From the NCBI GenBank assembly GCA_020692245.1, contig JAIMKT010000011.1, forward strand, positions 3,136 through 67,135: a stretch of DNA of 64,000 nucleotides. Reading direction: 5' to 3'. The position numbers and the translations under genes were made by a program. The first letter of the stretch is position 1, and each line of letters opens with the position of its first letter. This DNA is from Microcoleus sp. GA_180221_E-2-1-MAG-45_12 (GTDB lineage: Bacteria > Cyanobacteriota > Cyanobacteriia > Cyanobacteriales > JAAUUE01). The notes under the pieces are model-generated. The model made no database searches. It was not told where the DNA came from and worked only from the letters and a program-made list of their open reading frames with translations. This document shows positions 28,905 through 38,573 of this stretch, in pieces.

Positions 28905-29711
28905 TTATTTAACACTAATAAAAGCTGCTATTTCTACTTGATCTGGGTTTATGTGAAGTTGTAGTAATCGGAGCGTAATTCCGTTGGATTCTAAGTTTTT
29001 GAGATCAAAGCGATCGAGAAAAACCCGACTAATTCCCATAACTACAGAACTAGGTAGAGGTGAACCATTAATCATTAATACTGGGGACTCTAGGTTAAAC
29101 TGAGAACCATCGAGGACGGTAATTCCCGAAATCAGATCAATTTTAATTGGTGGATTATTTGGGGTTTGTAAATCTAGTTGGAGTTGAAAACGCTCATCTG
29201 AAAGAAAATTAATCCGGGGGATAATCTCGATCGCCGCCTCATTGCCCAAAAAACTACTAGCAATTTCTTTGATTAAGCCTTGAACTCTAGGAGATTGGAG
29301 AGCTTGTTGAATATCAGTTTCTGTTGCTACCACTCGAATTCCTGCCCGGAGAGGAGTCCGCAATAAACCGGGAGGCAGGAGAGATTGAGAACTATTTGCG
29401 CCAGATAAATTTCCAGATAAATTTCCAGATAACCGAGAAAGATCAAGATTAATGGGATCAGTTTCTAGCTCTAAGATATCAAGGCGTAACTCTGGAACCA
29501 GCCAAGCTCCCCGACTAGCCAAGCGGAGGCGATCGATCCGTCCTTGGGCTACTTGGTAATTTGGGGCATTATCAACCCTCACTTGGAGTTGCTCTACTCG
29601 GTGCAGACGACTCCGAAAATTATCTGCCACCACCTGATCCACAACTACGCCCACAGGACTAACTAGAGCTAGAAGCGCAGAAACAAGAGCAAAAATTCCA
29701 CTGCTGATCAT
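28905..29711 (-). CDS. DUF2993 (LmeA-like) membrane-anchored protein
   Basis: It has an N-terminal TM helix and then ...LQVRVDNAPNYQVAQGRIDRLRLASRG...LELETDPINLDL, a pattern I associate with DUF2993. Confidence 0.55.
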   Translation of the reverse strand: MISSGIFALVSALLALVSPVGVVVDQVVADNFRSRLHRVEQLQVRVDNAPNYQVAQGRIDRLRLASRGAWLVPELRLDILELETDPINLDLSRLSGNLSGNLSGANSSQSLLPPGLLRTPLRAGIRVVATETDIQQALQSPRVQGLIKEIASSFLGNEAAIEIIPRINFLSDERFQLQLDLQTPNNPPIKIDLISGITVLDGSQFNLESPVLMINGSPLPSSVVMGISRVFLDRFDLKNLESNGITLRLLQLHINPDQVEIAAFISVK

Positions 29712-29754
29712 AGGGAAATCTTCAATAACTATGGTTTACCAGTAAGGTTCTACC

Positions 29755-29787
29755 ATTGACACTCCCTGCTCTAAAGAGACGGGGATT
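29755..29787 (-). promoter_or_regulatory. conserved leader motif, copy A (hairpin + GGGAGTGTCAAT)
   Basis: The minus strand reads AATCCCCGTCTCTTTAGAGCAGGGAGTGTCAAT. The 12-nt core ends 43 nt upstream of the DUF2993 start codon. Copies B and C are at 47222 and 63814. Confidence 0.4.
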
Positions 29788-30057
29788 CTTGCTTCAACCG
29801 TCCTCCCTAGATACTCAAGAGCTATCCCTTGATTACCCCCGGTTGGATACGTCCACAAGCTTTCACGGTCTGCCCGACCGCATTAAATAAGTAGTATTTA
29901 ATTTCTTTTACTCCCACATTTATACAACTTTCTGGGTTTATTGCCCCCAGGGTTCTGGATCAGGAGTTGTCCACTCTACCTACTAGGCTCTTTTGGGTGC
30001 GCTTTACCGCTATCTCCTATTATTACATCGTTGAATACTTTAGCGATAATATTTAAT

Positions 30058-30088
30058 ATTAAAAGCCGCCCTAGAAGGACGGGGCTTT
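30058..30088 (-). terminator. rho-independent terminator after the NIL-domain gene
   Basis: The minus strand reads AAAGCCCCGUCCUUCUAGGGCGGCUUUUAAUAUU. The stem is GCC..GUCC/GGGC.GGC with a CC bulge, followed by a U-run. Confidence 0.5.
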
Positions 30089-30154
30089 ATACCCAATTTT
30101 TTGGTAATCTCTTTATCAGCACTACTTTATCAGCAATGGTTGACTAGCAATAAT

Positions 30155-30532
30155 TTACCAGCCGTCTTCCTCTGGATCGGTTTTATTGATAATTTCTATA
30201 TCCATTTCATCAAGGTAGGTAAGAGCGCTCTGAATTTGAGGATTTGAGCCTTCTATTTCTAGATCGAACCAACCCTCCTTACAGGAATTTGTCTCTAGGG
30301 AAGCCGCCGAAATATTGACTGTCACCTCATGATGGGAAACCAAACGGGAAATAATTGGTACGCCATTATATTCTTGAGGGATGCAAATCCTAATCCGGAC
30401 TTTGGTAGGTCGATGCTGGGAGATTGAGTTAATGTCTAGAGGATTGTCATGAAAGGTATCCGGACTATTCTCTAGGGCGGTTTCTTGGGTTTTGTGCATA
30501 GGGAGCATCTTTTTGATCATTTTAAGGATCAT
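30155..30532 (-). CDS. NIL-domain protein (single domain)
   Basis: VRIRICIPQEYNGVPIISRLVSHHEVTVNISAASL....EGWFDLEIEG fits the NIL/MetN-C-terminal-like fold pattern. The same pattern occurs twice in the protein at 48066-48713. Confidence 0.65.
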   Translation of the reverse strand: MILKMIKKMLPMHKTQETALENSPDTFHDNPLDINSISQHRPTKVRIRICIPQEYNGVPIISRLVSHHEVTVNISAASLETNSCKEGWFDLEIEGSNPQIQSALTYLDEMDIEIINKTDPEEDGW

Positions 30533-30918
30533 CTGTTGTTTCCGTTGATCTTGTCTATTGATCGTCGATCGCTGTCACCACCAGATATCCAGCCTGATAA
30601 ATGACTTAATAACTGGACGGTAGATGCTCTCCATGATAGCAAACTATTTTCCGGGGAAGCCAGATTAAAATCACAACTAGAGTCAAGATTGGGATCAAGA
30701 CTACCGGGGAATAGCTATAAAATTTCTAGGTATGCAAATATACGAAACAGATTACGAACAAAGATTAAAGTAGCGGTGGTGACTCAGAAAAAACTGTTAG
30801 ATTCTTTAAATTATTGATCTAGATTGATTTCAAGTTGATTTAGATCGCTAACTCAGGTTATGTAGTTAAGATTATTCAAAAAGTTCTCATCAAAAAGTTC
30901 AAAAATTTAATGTAAGTT

Positions 30919-31716
30919 ATGCAAATCAAAAAATTTAGTTGGTTCTTTACCCTAGCGATCGCCCTAGTTGTAGCGATGAATGTCCTTGTCACTGCTTGTG
31001 GTGGCGGTAGCACTGATACTGCTGGTGGTCCTCAAAAATTAGTCATGGGTACTTCCGCAGATTATCCTCCCTACGAATACCGAGATACAGCGAGCGGCAG
31101 TAATGAAATTATTGGTTTTGATGTAGACATTGCCAACTATATTACCAAGCAACTCAACTACACCCTCGAAATTAGCGATATGGACTTCAATGGACTACTC
31201 CCAGCCCTCCAAGCTAAGCGAGTTGATTTTGTGATGGCGGGGATGACTCCCACCGAAGAAAGGAAGCAGAGCGTAGAATTTACAGATGTCTATTTTGAAG
31301 CCAAAAATACCATCATTGCTCTCAAGGGCAGTAATCTAACCAAGGTAGAAAATCTGGTTGGTAAGCAGGTAGGGGTACAGTTGGGCAGTATTCAAGAAAG
31401 TGAAATGAAAGAGACTGCCGAAAAAATTACGGGCATTAATCTCAAGCCCCTGAATAAGATTGGGGATTTGATCCAAGAAATTAAATCTAAACGTATCGAT
31501 GCAGCGATCGTGGAAGATACTGTAGCTAAGGGCTACCTGGCAGCAAATTCAGACTTGGAATTTAACGTCATCCCCAGCGAAGGTCCTTCTGGTTCGGCGA
31601 TCGCATTTCCCAAGGGTTCAGCCTTAGTTAAACCCTTTAACGATGTCCTGAAGCAGATGAAAGATAAAGGGGAAATCGAAACCCTAGTGAAGAAATGGTT
31701 TGACAAGGAAGCTTAG
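30919..31716 (+). CDS. amino-acid ABC transporter substrate-binding lipoprotein
   Basis: It has a signal peptide with a lipobox (LVTACGG) and looks like a family-3 SBP (PPYEY...GFDVDIA...DFVMAGMT). Confidence 0.85.
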   Translation: MQIKKFSWFFTLAIALVVAMNVLVTACGGGSTDTAGGPQKLVMGTSADYPPYEYRDTASGSNEIIGFDVDIANYITKQLNYTLEISDMDFNGLLPALQAKRVDFVMAGMTPTEERKQSVEFTDVYFEAKNTIIALKGSNLTKVENLVGKQVGVQLGSIQESEMKETAEKITGINLKPLNKIGDLIQEIKSKRIDAAIVEDTVAKGYLAANSDLEFNVIPSEGPSGSAIAFPKGSALVKPFNDVLKQMKDKGEIETLVKKWFDKEA

Positions 31717-31725
31717 GGGTGATTA

Positions 31726-32385
31726 ATGAATCTAGATTTTGGTCGTATTACCCCGAATATTCCCTTTATTTTGCAGGGGATTCTCCTGACTCTCCAGTTC
31801 ACTGCCCTGTCGACATTTTTTGGCTTTATTTGGGGAACCATCCTCTCCCTATTCAAAATATCCAATATCACTCCCCTGACTTGGTTTTCTAACGTTTATA
31901 CTTCGCTATTTCGGGGAACTCCTCTGCTGGTGCAGCTTTCCTTGATCTACTACGCTACCCCCCAGTTGACTGGCTACAACATTTCTCCCCTAGAGGCGGG
32001 CGTGTTTACCTTTTCTCTCAATTCAGGAGCGTACATTTCCGAAACCATCCGGGGGGGAATCTTAGCGGTCGATCGAGGACAGGGAGAAGCTGCAAAATCC
32101 CTTGGAGTCCCCTACACAATGATGATGTGGGATGTGATCCTGCCCCAAGCAGTGAAAAATATTCTCCCGGCTTTGGCAAACGAAAGCATCAACTTGCTCA
32201 AGGACTCTACCCTAGTTTCTGTAATTGGGGTGACAGATATCCTCCGTCGATCGCAAATAGTTGCCGCCGAGAAGTTCATTTACTTTGAGCCAATTCTGGT
32301 GGCAGCTTTGATTTATTACATAATTGTTATGGGTTTAACCACAGGAGCCTATGCCCTCGAACGAAAATTACAACGTAGCAGTTAA
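31726..32385 (+). CDS. amino-acid ABC transporter permease (His/Glu/Gln/Arg/opine family)
   Basis: It has the EAA-loop region [22 protein letters not shown] and five TM segments. Confidence 0.9.
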   Translation: MNLDFGRITPNIPFILQGILLTLQFTALSTFFGFIWGTILSLFKISNITPLTWFSNVYTSLFRGTPLLVQLSLIYYATPQLTGYNISPLEAGVFTFSLNSGAYISETIRGGILAVDRGQGEAAKSLGVPYTMMMWDVILPQAVKNILPALANESINLLKDSTLVSVIGVTDILRRSQIVAAEKFIYFEPILVAALIYYIIVMGLTTGAYALERKLQRSS

Positions 32386-33100
32386 GGTTGATGATCTCCA
32401 TAAATACTTTGGGGAATTGCAAGTTCTCAAGGGTATTTCCAACGAGATCAACAAAGGGGAAGTGGTGGCGATTATCGGGCCTTCGGGTTCTGGAAAGTCT
32501 ACCTTTCTCCGGTGTATGAACCTCTTGGAAGTTCCCACTAAGGGTCATATCTATGTAGATGGGGTCGACATTACCCAGCCCAAGGTGGATATCATGAAAA
32601 TCCGCCAAAATATCGGCATGGTGTTTCAACACTTTCATCTGTTTCCCCATATGACGGTCTTAGAAAATGTCATGTATGCCCCGATCAAGGTGAAAAAGCT
32701 ATCCAAAGTTGAGGCAAAACAGCAAGCATCGGCTCTCCTGTTGCGGGTTGGTCTAGAAAGCAAAGCCCAAGTTTATCCCTCTCGCCTGTCGGGGGGACAA
32801 AAACAACGGGTAGCGATCGCTCGCTCTCTAGCCATGCAGCCGGAAATCATGCTCTTTGATGAACCCACCTCGGCTCTAGATCCAGAAATGGTGAAGGAAG
32901 TGCTGGATGTGATGAAAGGTTTAGCAGATAGTGGGATGACCATGGCGATCGTCACCCACGAAATGGGCTTTGCGAAGGAAGTGGCCGATCGAATTCTCTT
33001 TTTAGACGAGGGAAAATTAGCTGAAGACGCAACCCCAGAAGACTTTTTTAGTAATCCCCAGTGCGATCGAGCCAAACAATTTCTCGAAAAAATGCTCTAG
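32351..33100 (+). CDS. amino-acid ABC transporter ATP-binding protein
   Basis: Walker A is GPSGSGKST, the signature is [13 protein letters not shown] and Walker B is [11 protein letters not shown]. It overlaps the permease gene by 35 nt. Confidence 0.9.
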   Translation: MPSNENYNVAVKVDDLHKYFGELQVLKGISNEINKGEVVAIIGPSGSGKSTFLRCMNLLEVPTKGHIYVDGVDITQPKVDIMKIRQNIGMVFQHFHLFPHMTVLENVMYAPIKVKKLSKVEAKQQASALLLRVGLESKAQVYPSRLSGGQKQRVAIARSLAMQPEIMLFDEPTSALDPEMVKEVLDVMKGLADSGMTMAIVTHEMGFAKEVADRILFLDEGKLAEDATPEDFFSNPQCDRAKQFLEKML

Positions 33101-33140
33101 TCTTAATGATTTCCATTTTTACCTCTATTATTTACCTCTG

Positions 33141-33176
33141 TCCCTAATTCCCCCAAGGATTCTAGGGATTTTTTTA
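33141..33176 (+). terminator. rho-independent terminator after the ABC operon
   Basis: The stem pairs TCCCTA (33141-33146) with TAGGGA (33163-33168) and is followed by T7. Confidence 0.5.
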
Positions 33177-33222
33177 TGAATTTCTTGCTAATTCCCAGAC
33201 AATTAACCAGACAAATTAAACT

Positions 33223-34128
33223 ATGGCTCAAAAAGCAGATATTGGCAGTAAAAGATTAATTAGCCTTGCTCCTGATGCTTGGCTGCAATGGGTGACGGGC
33301 TTACCTCAAATTACCTCCCTCGAATTTCTATCTGCGGATTTTCAGTGGATCAGCCGGGAAGGAGATGTCCTCCAAAAAGCCTTTCTGCCCCAACAGGGGG
33401 AGTTTCTGGTTTTAACGGAATTACAACTGCGGTTTGATAGGCGAATGCCCCAACGAATGAGACTCTACGCTGCCCTCGCTGAAGAACGCTATGGACTTCT
33501 TACCTACCCTGTCCTTGTAAACATTCTCCCGCCGCCCCGTAATGCCTCAACCCCTAGCTTCTATCAATCAGAACTCCTCGGATTACGGGCAATACAAGAT
33601 TTTCGAGTAATTAACCTCTGGGAAATAGATGCAGACTTAGTTCTCCAACAACCTCTGCCGACTCTCCTCCCGTTTGTGCCAATTTTGCAAGGAGGTAATC
33701 AACCAGCCAAAGTAGCTAGAGCAGTACAATTACTCCGAAATCAAGACCAACTAAGGGATTTAGAACCTTTACTGGCATTCTTTGCTGGTTTTGTGCTAGA
33801 AACACAGATAATTCAAGAAATTATGAGGTGGGATATGGAAATACTTAGAGAGTCACCTTGGTATAACCAAATGATTCAAGAAGGCTTACAACAGGGCTTA
33901 CAACAGGGTTTGCAAGAAGGTCTACAACAAGGCTTACAACAAGGAAGGTTAGCGGCTGTTAAAAAGTCTGTAGTTAGGCTTTTGGGAGTAAATTCACAAA
34001 GTGTGCCGAGGAAGTTGGATAATTTATCGATCGACCAATTAGAGGAACTACAAGACCGAGTTTTTGATTTTACTAGTATTGCCGACCTCGAAAATTGGCT
34101 AGAATCCCAAGTTATTGAAAATAGTTAG
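33223..34128 (+). CDS. Rpn/YhgA-like PD-(D/E)XK putative nuclease with DUF4351 C-terminus
   Basis: LVLTELQLRFDRRMPQRMRLY resembles the hhhEFQ core of the family. A (QQGL)n repeat follows, then LSIDQLEELQDRVFDFTSIADLENWL, which is typical of the DUF4351 tail. Confidence 0.65.
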   Translation: MAQKADIGSKRLISLAPDAWLQWVTGLPQITSLEFLSADFQWISREGDVLQKAFLPQQGEFLVLTELQLRFDRRMPQRMRLYAALAEERYGLLTYPVLVNILPPPRNASTPSFYQSELLGLRAIQDFRVINLWEIDADLVLQQPLPTLLPFVPILQGGNQPAKVARAVQLLRNQDQLRDLEPLLAFFAGFVLETQIIQEIMRWDMEILRESPWYNQMIQEGLQQGLQQGLQEGLQQGLQQGRLAAVKKSVVRLLGVNSQSVPRKLDNLSIDQLEELQDRVFDFTSIADLENWLESQVIENS

Positions 34129-34239
34129 TTCATACTTAGTTCCTAATTAGTTCATTGTCAGTAATCTAGAACTAAGGTAATCTAAGTATTACAGCCTTTT
34201 TGATTCAACCATTGAACTTGATTTTACTTATCAACCCCT

Positions 34240-37200
34240 ATGAAAAGCCCCTTTCTTGCCCATCTCCATAGTCCCGATCGCCCCGTGATTGTTTTTGATG
34301 GAGCTATGGGAACTAACTTGCAGAGCCAAAACCTCACAGCAGCAGATTTTGGGGGGGCGGAGTATGAGGGCTGTAATGAATATTTGGTGCATACCAAGCC
34401 GGAAGCCGTGGCGAAGGTACACCGGGATTTTTTGTTGGCGGGGGCAGATGTGATCGAGACCGATACCTTTGGGGGAACCTCGATCGTTTTGGCTGAGTAT
34501 GATTTGGCGGATCAAGCCTATTATCTCAATAAAGCGGCGGCAGAGTTAGCCAAAAGTGTAACGGCAGAATTTACCGATCCAGCTAAACCAAGATTTGTGG
34601 CAGGATCCATTGGACCGGGAACGAAACTGCCGACCTTGGGACACATTGACTACGACACCATGGAAGCGGGTTTTGCCGAGCAAGCGCGGGGTTTGTACGA
34701 TGGCGGGGTGGATCTATTTATTGTGGAAACCTGTCAGGATGTGTTACAAATCAAGGCAGCCTTGAACGGCATCGAGCAGATATTTCAGGAGAAAGGCGAT
34801 CGTCGTCCTTTGATGGTGTCGGTGACGATGGAAATTCAGGGAACTATGCTGATCGGTTCGGAAATTGGGGCGGCTTTAACAATTCTGGAGCGCTACCCCA
34901 TTGATATTTTGGGCTTAAACTGTGCCACAGGACCCGATCGCATGGCAGAACATATCAAATATCTCTGTGATCATTCACCCTTTGTAGTTTCCTGTGTGCC
35001 TAATGCCGGATTGCCAGAAAATATTGGTGGTCATGCCCACTATAAGTTAACTCCTCTGGAATTGCGGATGGCTCTGCATCGGTTTGTAGAAGATTGGGGT
35101 GTACAAGTAATTGGGGGCTGTTGTGGCACTCGCCCGGAACACATCAAGGAACTGGCGGCGATCGGTTCCACCCTAAAAGCCAAACCACGGGATTATCACT
35201 TTGAACCTGCGGCTGCTTCTATCTACAGTCCCCAGCCCTACACCCAAGATAATTCTTTCTTGATCGTGGGTGAACGGCTGAATGCCAGTGGTTCCAAGAA
35301 GTGCCGGGATCTGCTCAATGCTGAAGACTGGGACGGCTTAGTGGCTCTTGCCAAGGCTCAAGTAAAAGAAGGGGCGCACATTCTGGATGTGAACGTGGAT
35401 TATGTGGGTAGAGATGGCGAGAAAGATATGCGGGAGTTGGTTTCTCGCTTGGTGACAAATATTACCCTGCCCTTGATGCTAGACTCCACCGAGTGGGAAA
35501 AAATGGAAGCGGGGCTAAAAGTTGCTGGGGGGAAATGTATCCTCAACTCTACCAACTATGAAGACGGGGAACCAAGATTCCTCAAGGTGTTGGAGCTAGC
35601 GAAGAAGTACGGGGCGGGGGTGGTGATCGGCACGATCGATGAAGAGGGGATGGCAAGGACGGCTGATCGGAAGTTTGCGATCGCGCAACGTGCATATCGT
35701 CAGGCGGTAGAGTTTGGGATTCCCCCGGCGGAAATTTTCTTTGATACCCTCGCCCTGCCAGTGTCTACAGGGATTGAAGAGGATCGGGAAAATGGCAAGG
35801 CGACGATCGAATCTATTAAAATGATCCGGGAAAATTTACCGGGTTGTCATATCATGCTGGGGGTTTCTAATATTTCCTTTGGCTTGAATCCGGCAGCACG
35901 GGTAGTTTTGAATTCTATGTTTCTCCATGAGGCGATGCAGGTAGGACTAGATGGGGCGATCGTCAGTGCCAGTAAAATTCTGCCCTTAGCAAAAATTGAA
36001 CCGGAATATCAGGAAATCTGTCAAAAGCTAATTTACGATCGACGGGAATTTCAAGGAGATATCTGTACCTACGATCCCTTGGGAGAATTGACTACATTAT
36101 TTATGGGGAAAACTACCAAGAATACCCAAGCAGTTAATGATAGTTTGCCCGTAGAAGAAAGGCTGAAACAACATATTATTGATGGGGAAAGAATTGGTCT
36201 AGAAGATCAGCTAAAAATTGCCCTCGAAAAATATCCACCCTTGCAAATTGTGAATACTTTCTTGCTGGATGGGATGAAGGTAGTAGGTGAACTATTTGGT
36301 TCAGGACAAATGCAATTACCTTTCGTGTTGCAATCGGCGGAAACCATGAAATCTGCCGTGGCTTTCTTGGAACCGTTCATGGAAAAGAATGATACTGGCA
36401 ACAATGCCAAGGGGACATTTATTATTGCCACAGTGAAGGGTGATGTCCACGATATTGGCAAGAATCTGGTAGATATTATTCTGTCTAATAACGGCTATAA
36501 AGTTATTAATTTGGGGATTAAACAACCCGTAGATAATATTATTGATGCCTACCAAGAACACGGGGCAGATTGTATTGCTATGAGTGGTTTATTGGTAAAA
36601 TCTACGGCTTTTATGAAGGAAAATCTAGAAGTATTTAATCAAAAAGGAATTACCGTACCAGTGATTCTTGGCGGGGCAGCCCTGACTCCTAAATTTGTCT
36701 ATGATGATTGCCAAAAAACCTATAAAGGGAAAGTAATTTATGGGAAAGATGCCTTTGCAGACTTACATTTTATGGATAAACTCATGCCCGCTAAAAATGC
36801 TGGGGAATGGGACGATCGCCGGGGTTTTCCTAATGCAGAAATAACTGAAATTATCCCCCTAGAAGTTGCGGAAGCTTCTGAAGAAAATATAGAAAGTACG
36901 GAGAAAAAAAAGGAAGTTCCTGTAGTTGTAGATACGACTCGATCGACGGCTGTAGCCATTGATATTCCCCGTCCCACACCACCTTTCTGGGGAACTAAAG
37001 TCTTGCAACCCACAGATATCCCTATTCAAGAAGTGTTTAATTATCTAGACCTCCAAGCTCTCATTGCTGGGCAGTGGCAATTCCGCAAACCCCAAGAGCA
37101 ATCTAGAGAAGAGTATGATGGGTTTCTCCAAGAAAAAGTTTATCCAGTCCTTGAGCAATGGAAGGAGCGAGTTATCACAGAAAACCTCCTCCATCCCCAA

Positions 37201-37773
37201 GCGGTGTATGGCTACTTTCCCTGTAATACCGAGGGTAATTCCCTGTATCTCTACAACCCAGAGGATCAGAGCCAATTAGTCGCCACCTTTGAGTTTCCCC
37301 GCCAAAAATCTATGCGCCGTCTGTGTATTGCGGATTTCTTTGCCCCCAAGGATTCTGGGATCATGGATGTGTTCCCCATGCAAGCGGTGACGGTGGGAGA
37401 AATTGCTACCCAGTTTGCCAAGGAGTTATTTGATAGCAACCAATACACAGATTATCTCTACTTCCACGGGCTGGCAGTGCAAACAGCAGAAGCGATCGCT
37501 GAATGGCTCCATGTCCGGATTCGCCGGGAGTTGGGTTTTGGGGAGCAGGAACCAGATAATTTACGAGATGTTTTGGCGCAACGTTACCCCGGTTCTCGGT
37601 ATAGTTTTGGTTATCCCGCCTGCCCAAATATGCAGGATCAATACAAGCTACTGGAATTACTGGGGAGCGATCGCCTCAATCTCTACATGGATGAAAGCGA
37701 ACAACTCTACCCCGAACAATCCACCACCGCCATCATTACCTACCATCCCGCCGCCAAATACTTTAGTGCCTAG
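34240..37773 (+). CDS. metH: cobalamin-dependent methionine synthase
   Basis: At 1177 aa it has the four-module layout. The B12-binding motif GDVHDIGKN (DxHxxG) and the C-terminal AdoMet reactivation domain are present. Confidence 0.95.
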   Translation: MKSPFLAHLHSPDRPVIVFDGAMGTNLQSQNLTAADFGGAEYEGCNEYLVHTKPEAVAKVHRDFLLAGADVIETDTFGGTSIVLAEYDLADQAYYLNKAAAELAKSVTAEFTDPAKPRFVAGSIGPGTKLPTLGHIDYDTMEAGFAEQARGLYDGGVDLFIVETCQDVLQIKAALNGIEQIFQEKGDRRPLMVSVTMEIQGTMLIGSEIGAALTILERYPIDILGLNCATGPDRMAEHIKYLCDHSPFVVSCVPNAGLPENIGGHAHYKLTPLELRMALHRFVEDWGVQVIGGCCGTRPEHIKELAAIGSTLKAKPRDYHFEPAAASIYSPQPYTQDNSFLIVGERLNASGSKKCRDLLNAEDWDGLVALAKAQVKEGAHILDVNVDYVGRDGEKDMRELVSRLVTNITLPLMLDSTEWEKMEAGLKVAGGKCILNSTNYEDGEPRFLKVLELAKKYGAGVVIGTIDEEGMARTADRKFAIAQRAYRQAVEFGIPPAEIFFDTLALPVSTGIEEDRENGKATIESIKMIRENLPGCHIMLGVSNISFGLNPAARVVLNSMFLHEAMQVGLDGAIVSASKILPLAKIEPEYQEICQKLIYDRREFQGDICTYDPLGELTTLFMGKTTKNTQAVNDSLPVEERLKQHIIDGERIGLEDQLKIALEKYPPLQIVNTFLLDGMKVVGELFGSGQMQLPFVLQSAETMKSAVAFLEPFMEKNDTGNNAKGTFIIATVKGDVHDIGKNLVDIILSNNGYKVINLGIKQPVDNIIDAYQEHGADCIAMSGLLVKSTAFMKENLEVFNQKGITVPVILGGAALTPKFVYDDCQKTYKGKVIYGKDAFADLHFMDKLMPAKNAGEWDDRRGFPNAEITEIIPLEVAEASEENIESTEKKKEVPVVVDTTRSTAVAIDIPRPTPPFWGTKVLQPTDIPIQEVFNYLDLQALIAGQWQFRKPQEQSREEYDGFLQEKVYPVLEQWKERVITENLLHPQAVYGYFPCNTEGNSLYLYNPEDQSQLVATFEFPRQKSMRRLCIADFFAPKDSGIMDVFPMQAVTVGEIATQFAKELFDSNQYTDYLYFHGLAVQTAEAIAEWLHVRIRRELGFGEQEPDNLRDVLAQRYPGSRYSFGYPACPNMQDQYKLLELLGSDRLNLYMDESEQLYPEQSTTAIITYHPAAKYFSA

Positions 37774-37789
37774 TTTATTACAGGGCAAC

Positions 37790-37938
37790 CGCATAAAAAT
37801 CAAAGGGAAAGAAGATGGTTTAGATAAGCCATATCCCAAGCTGCTTTTTTCCGTGTGACGCAATGTAACCATATTTTCAGGAGAATTATCTTTATGAATC
37901 CGGGAAGCGTCTTCGTGAAATGGTATCAGTAAAGCCAT
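37790..37938 (-). pseudogene. relic of the 3' end of an ISAs1-family transposase gene
   Basis: The minus-strand translation ...LLIPFHEDASRIHKDNSPENMVTLRH... matches the conserved ISAs1 C-terminal block (F.EDASRIRKGNAPQN...LRH). A stop lies immediately upstream in frame and nothing remains of the transposase N-terminal part. Confidence 0.5.
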
Positions 37939-38113
37939 AATTCATACCTATCTGGCATGGCAAGATGAGCCGGGTTATCCTTTAGGAAAATCTATTACTA
38001 GTCAAGCCCTGCGGTCACAAAATCCTATTGCCCTGAAATTTATCGACTGGTTACAACATTTATATGATGATAGGTAAATACAAAAATTCAAAATATTTTA
38101 GAAATAGAAAATT

Positions 38114-38464
38114 ATGGCAACTTGGTTGTGTGTGAGCAATTGTGGGGCGTGCTGTCATTTGCAGCCGGACGATCGACCAGACCTCGATCGCTACCTCACC
38201 CCAGAGGAATTAAGCCTTTACCATAGTCTAGTGGGTGCAGACGGTTGGTGTATCAACTATAACCAATTGACTAGAGAATGTGGTATCTACGAAGAGCGTC
38301 CTAGTTTTTGCCGAGTGGGAACTGAGACTTTTGGGAAAATGTTTGGCATTGCTCCAGAGGAGTTAAATGATTTTGCCATTGATTGTTGTCAGCAATGTAT
38401 TGGGGATATTTACGGTGAAGTTAGCCCCGAAATGACTCAGTACCAGCAGGCGATCGCCATCTAA
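38114..38464 (+). CDS. YkgJ-family cysteine-cluster protein
   Basis: The N-terminal C..CGACC motif and further Cys pairs are typical of YkgJ/UPF0153. Confidence 0.65.
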   Translation: MATWLCVSNCGACCHLQPDDRPDLDRYLTPEELSLYHSLVGADGWCINYNQLTRECGIYEERPSFCRVGTETFGKMFGIAPEELNDFAIDCCQQCIGDIYGEVSPEMTQYQQAIAI

Positions 38465-38573
38465 GAATTAGCTTAGAGATTAGCTTCAGGATTACGTAAC
38501 TAGATAGATTCAGGTATGATCTAGGGAAGATAAATAGGCAACTTATTTTCAATTTGCTAGTTTTCAATTTGCT

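Noticed and set aside
29741-29760. GGTTTACCAG resembles part of the SRP (4.5S) RNA consensus
   Set aside because: There is no GGAAGCAGCC-type domain IV motif nearby. The local hairpin is only 5 bp.
29756-29761. TTGACA within the repeated 12-mer (also at 47223 and 63815) as a plus-strand -35 box
   Set aside because: No acceptable -10 hexamer lies 16-18 nt downstream in any copy. Two of the three copies also have no plus-strand gene to drive within the window.
29945-29975. Minus-strand CCUGAUCCAGAACCCUGG looks like the CCUGAUCUGG...CCAG part of a TPP riboswitch
   Set aside because: The near-invariant CUGAGA element is absent, and the downstream gene (DUF2993) has no link to thiamine.
29990-30014. 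Minus-strand GCGGTAAAGCGCACC resembles the GCGGUAAGAGCGCACC segment of bacterial RNase P RNA
   Set aside because: The P4 strands GAGGAAAGUCC and ACAGAACCCGGCUUA are not present anywhere in the spacer. The region is also too short and in the wrong order for RNase P RNA.
37403-37858. 151-aa plus-strand ORF overlapping the end of metH in another frame
   Set aside because: It lies inside the conserved metH reactivation domain, and its composition is typical of an out-of-frame read.
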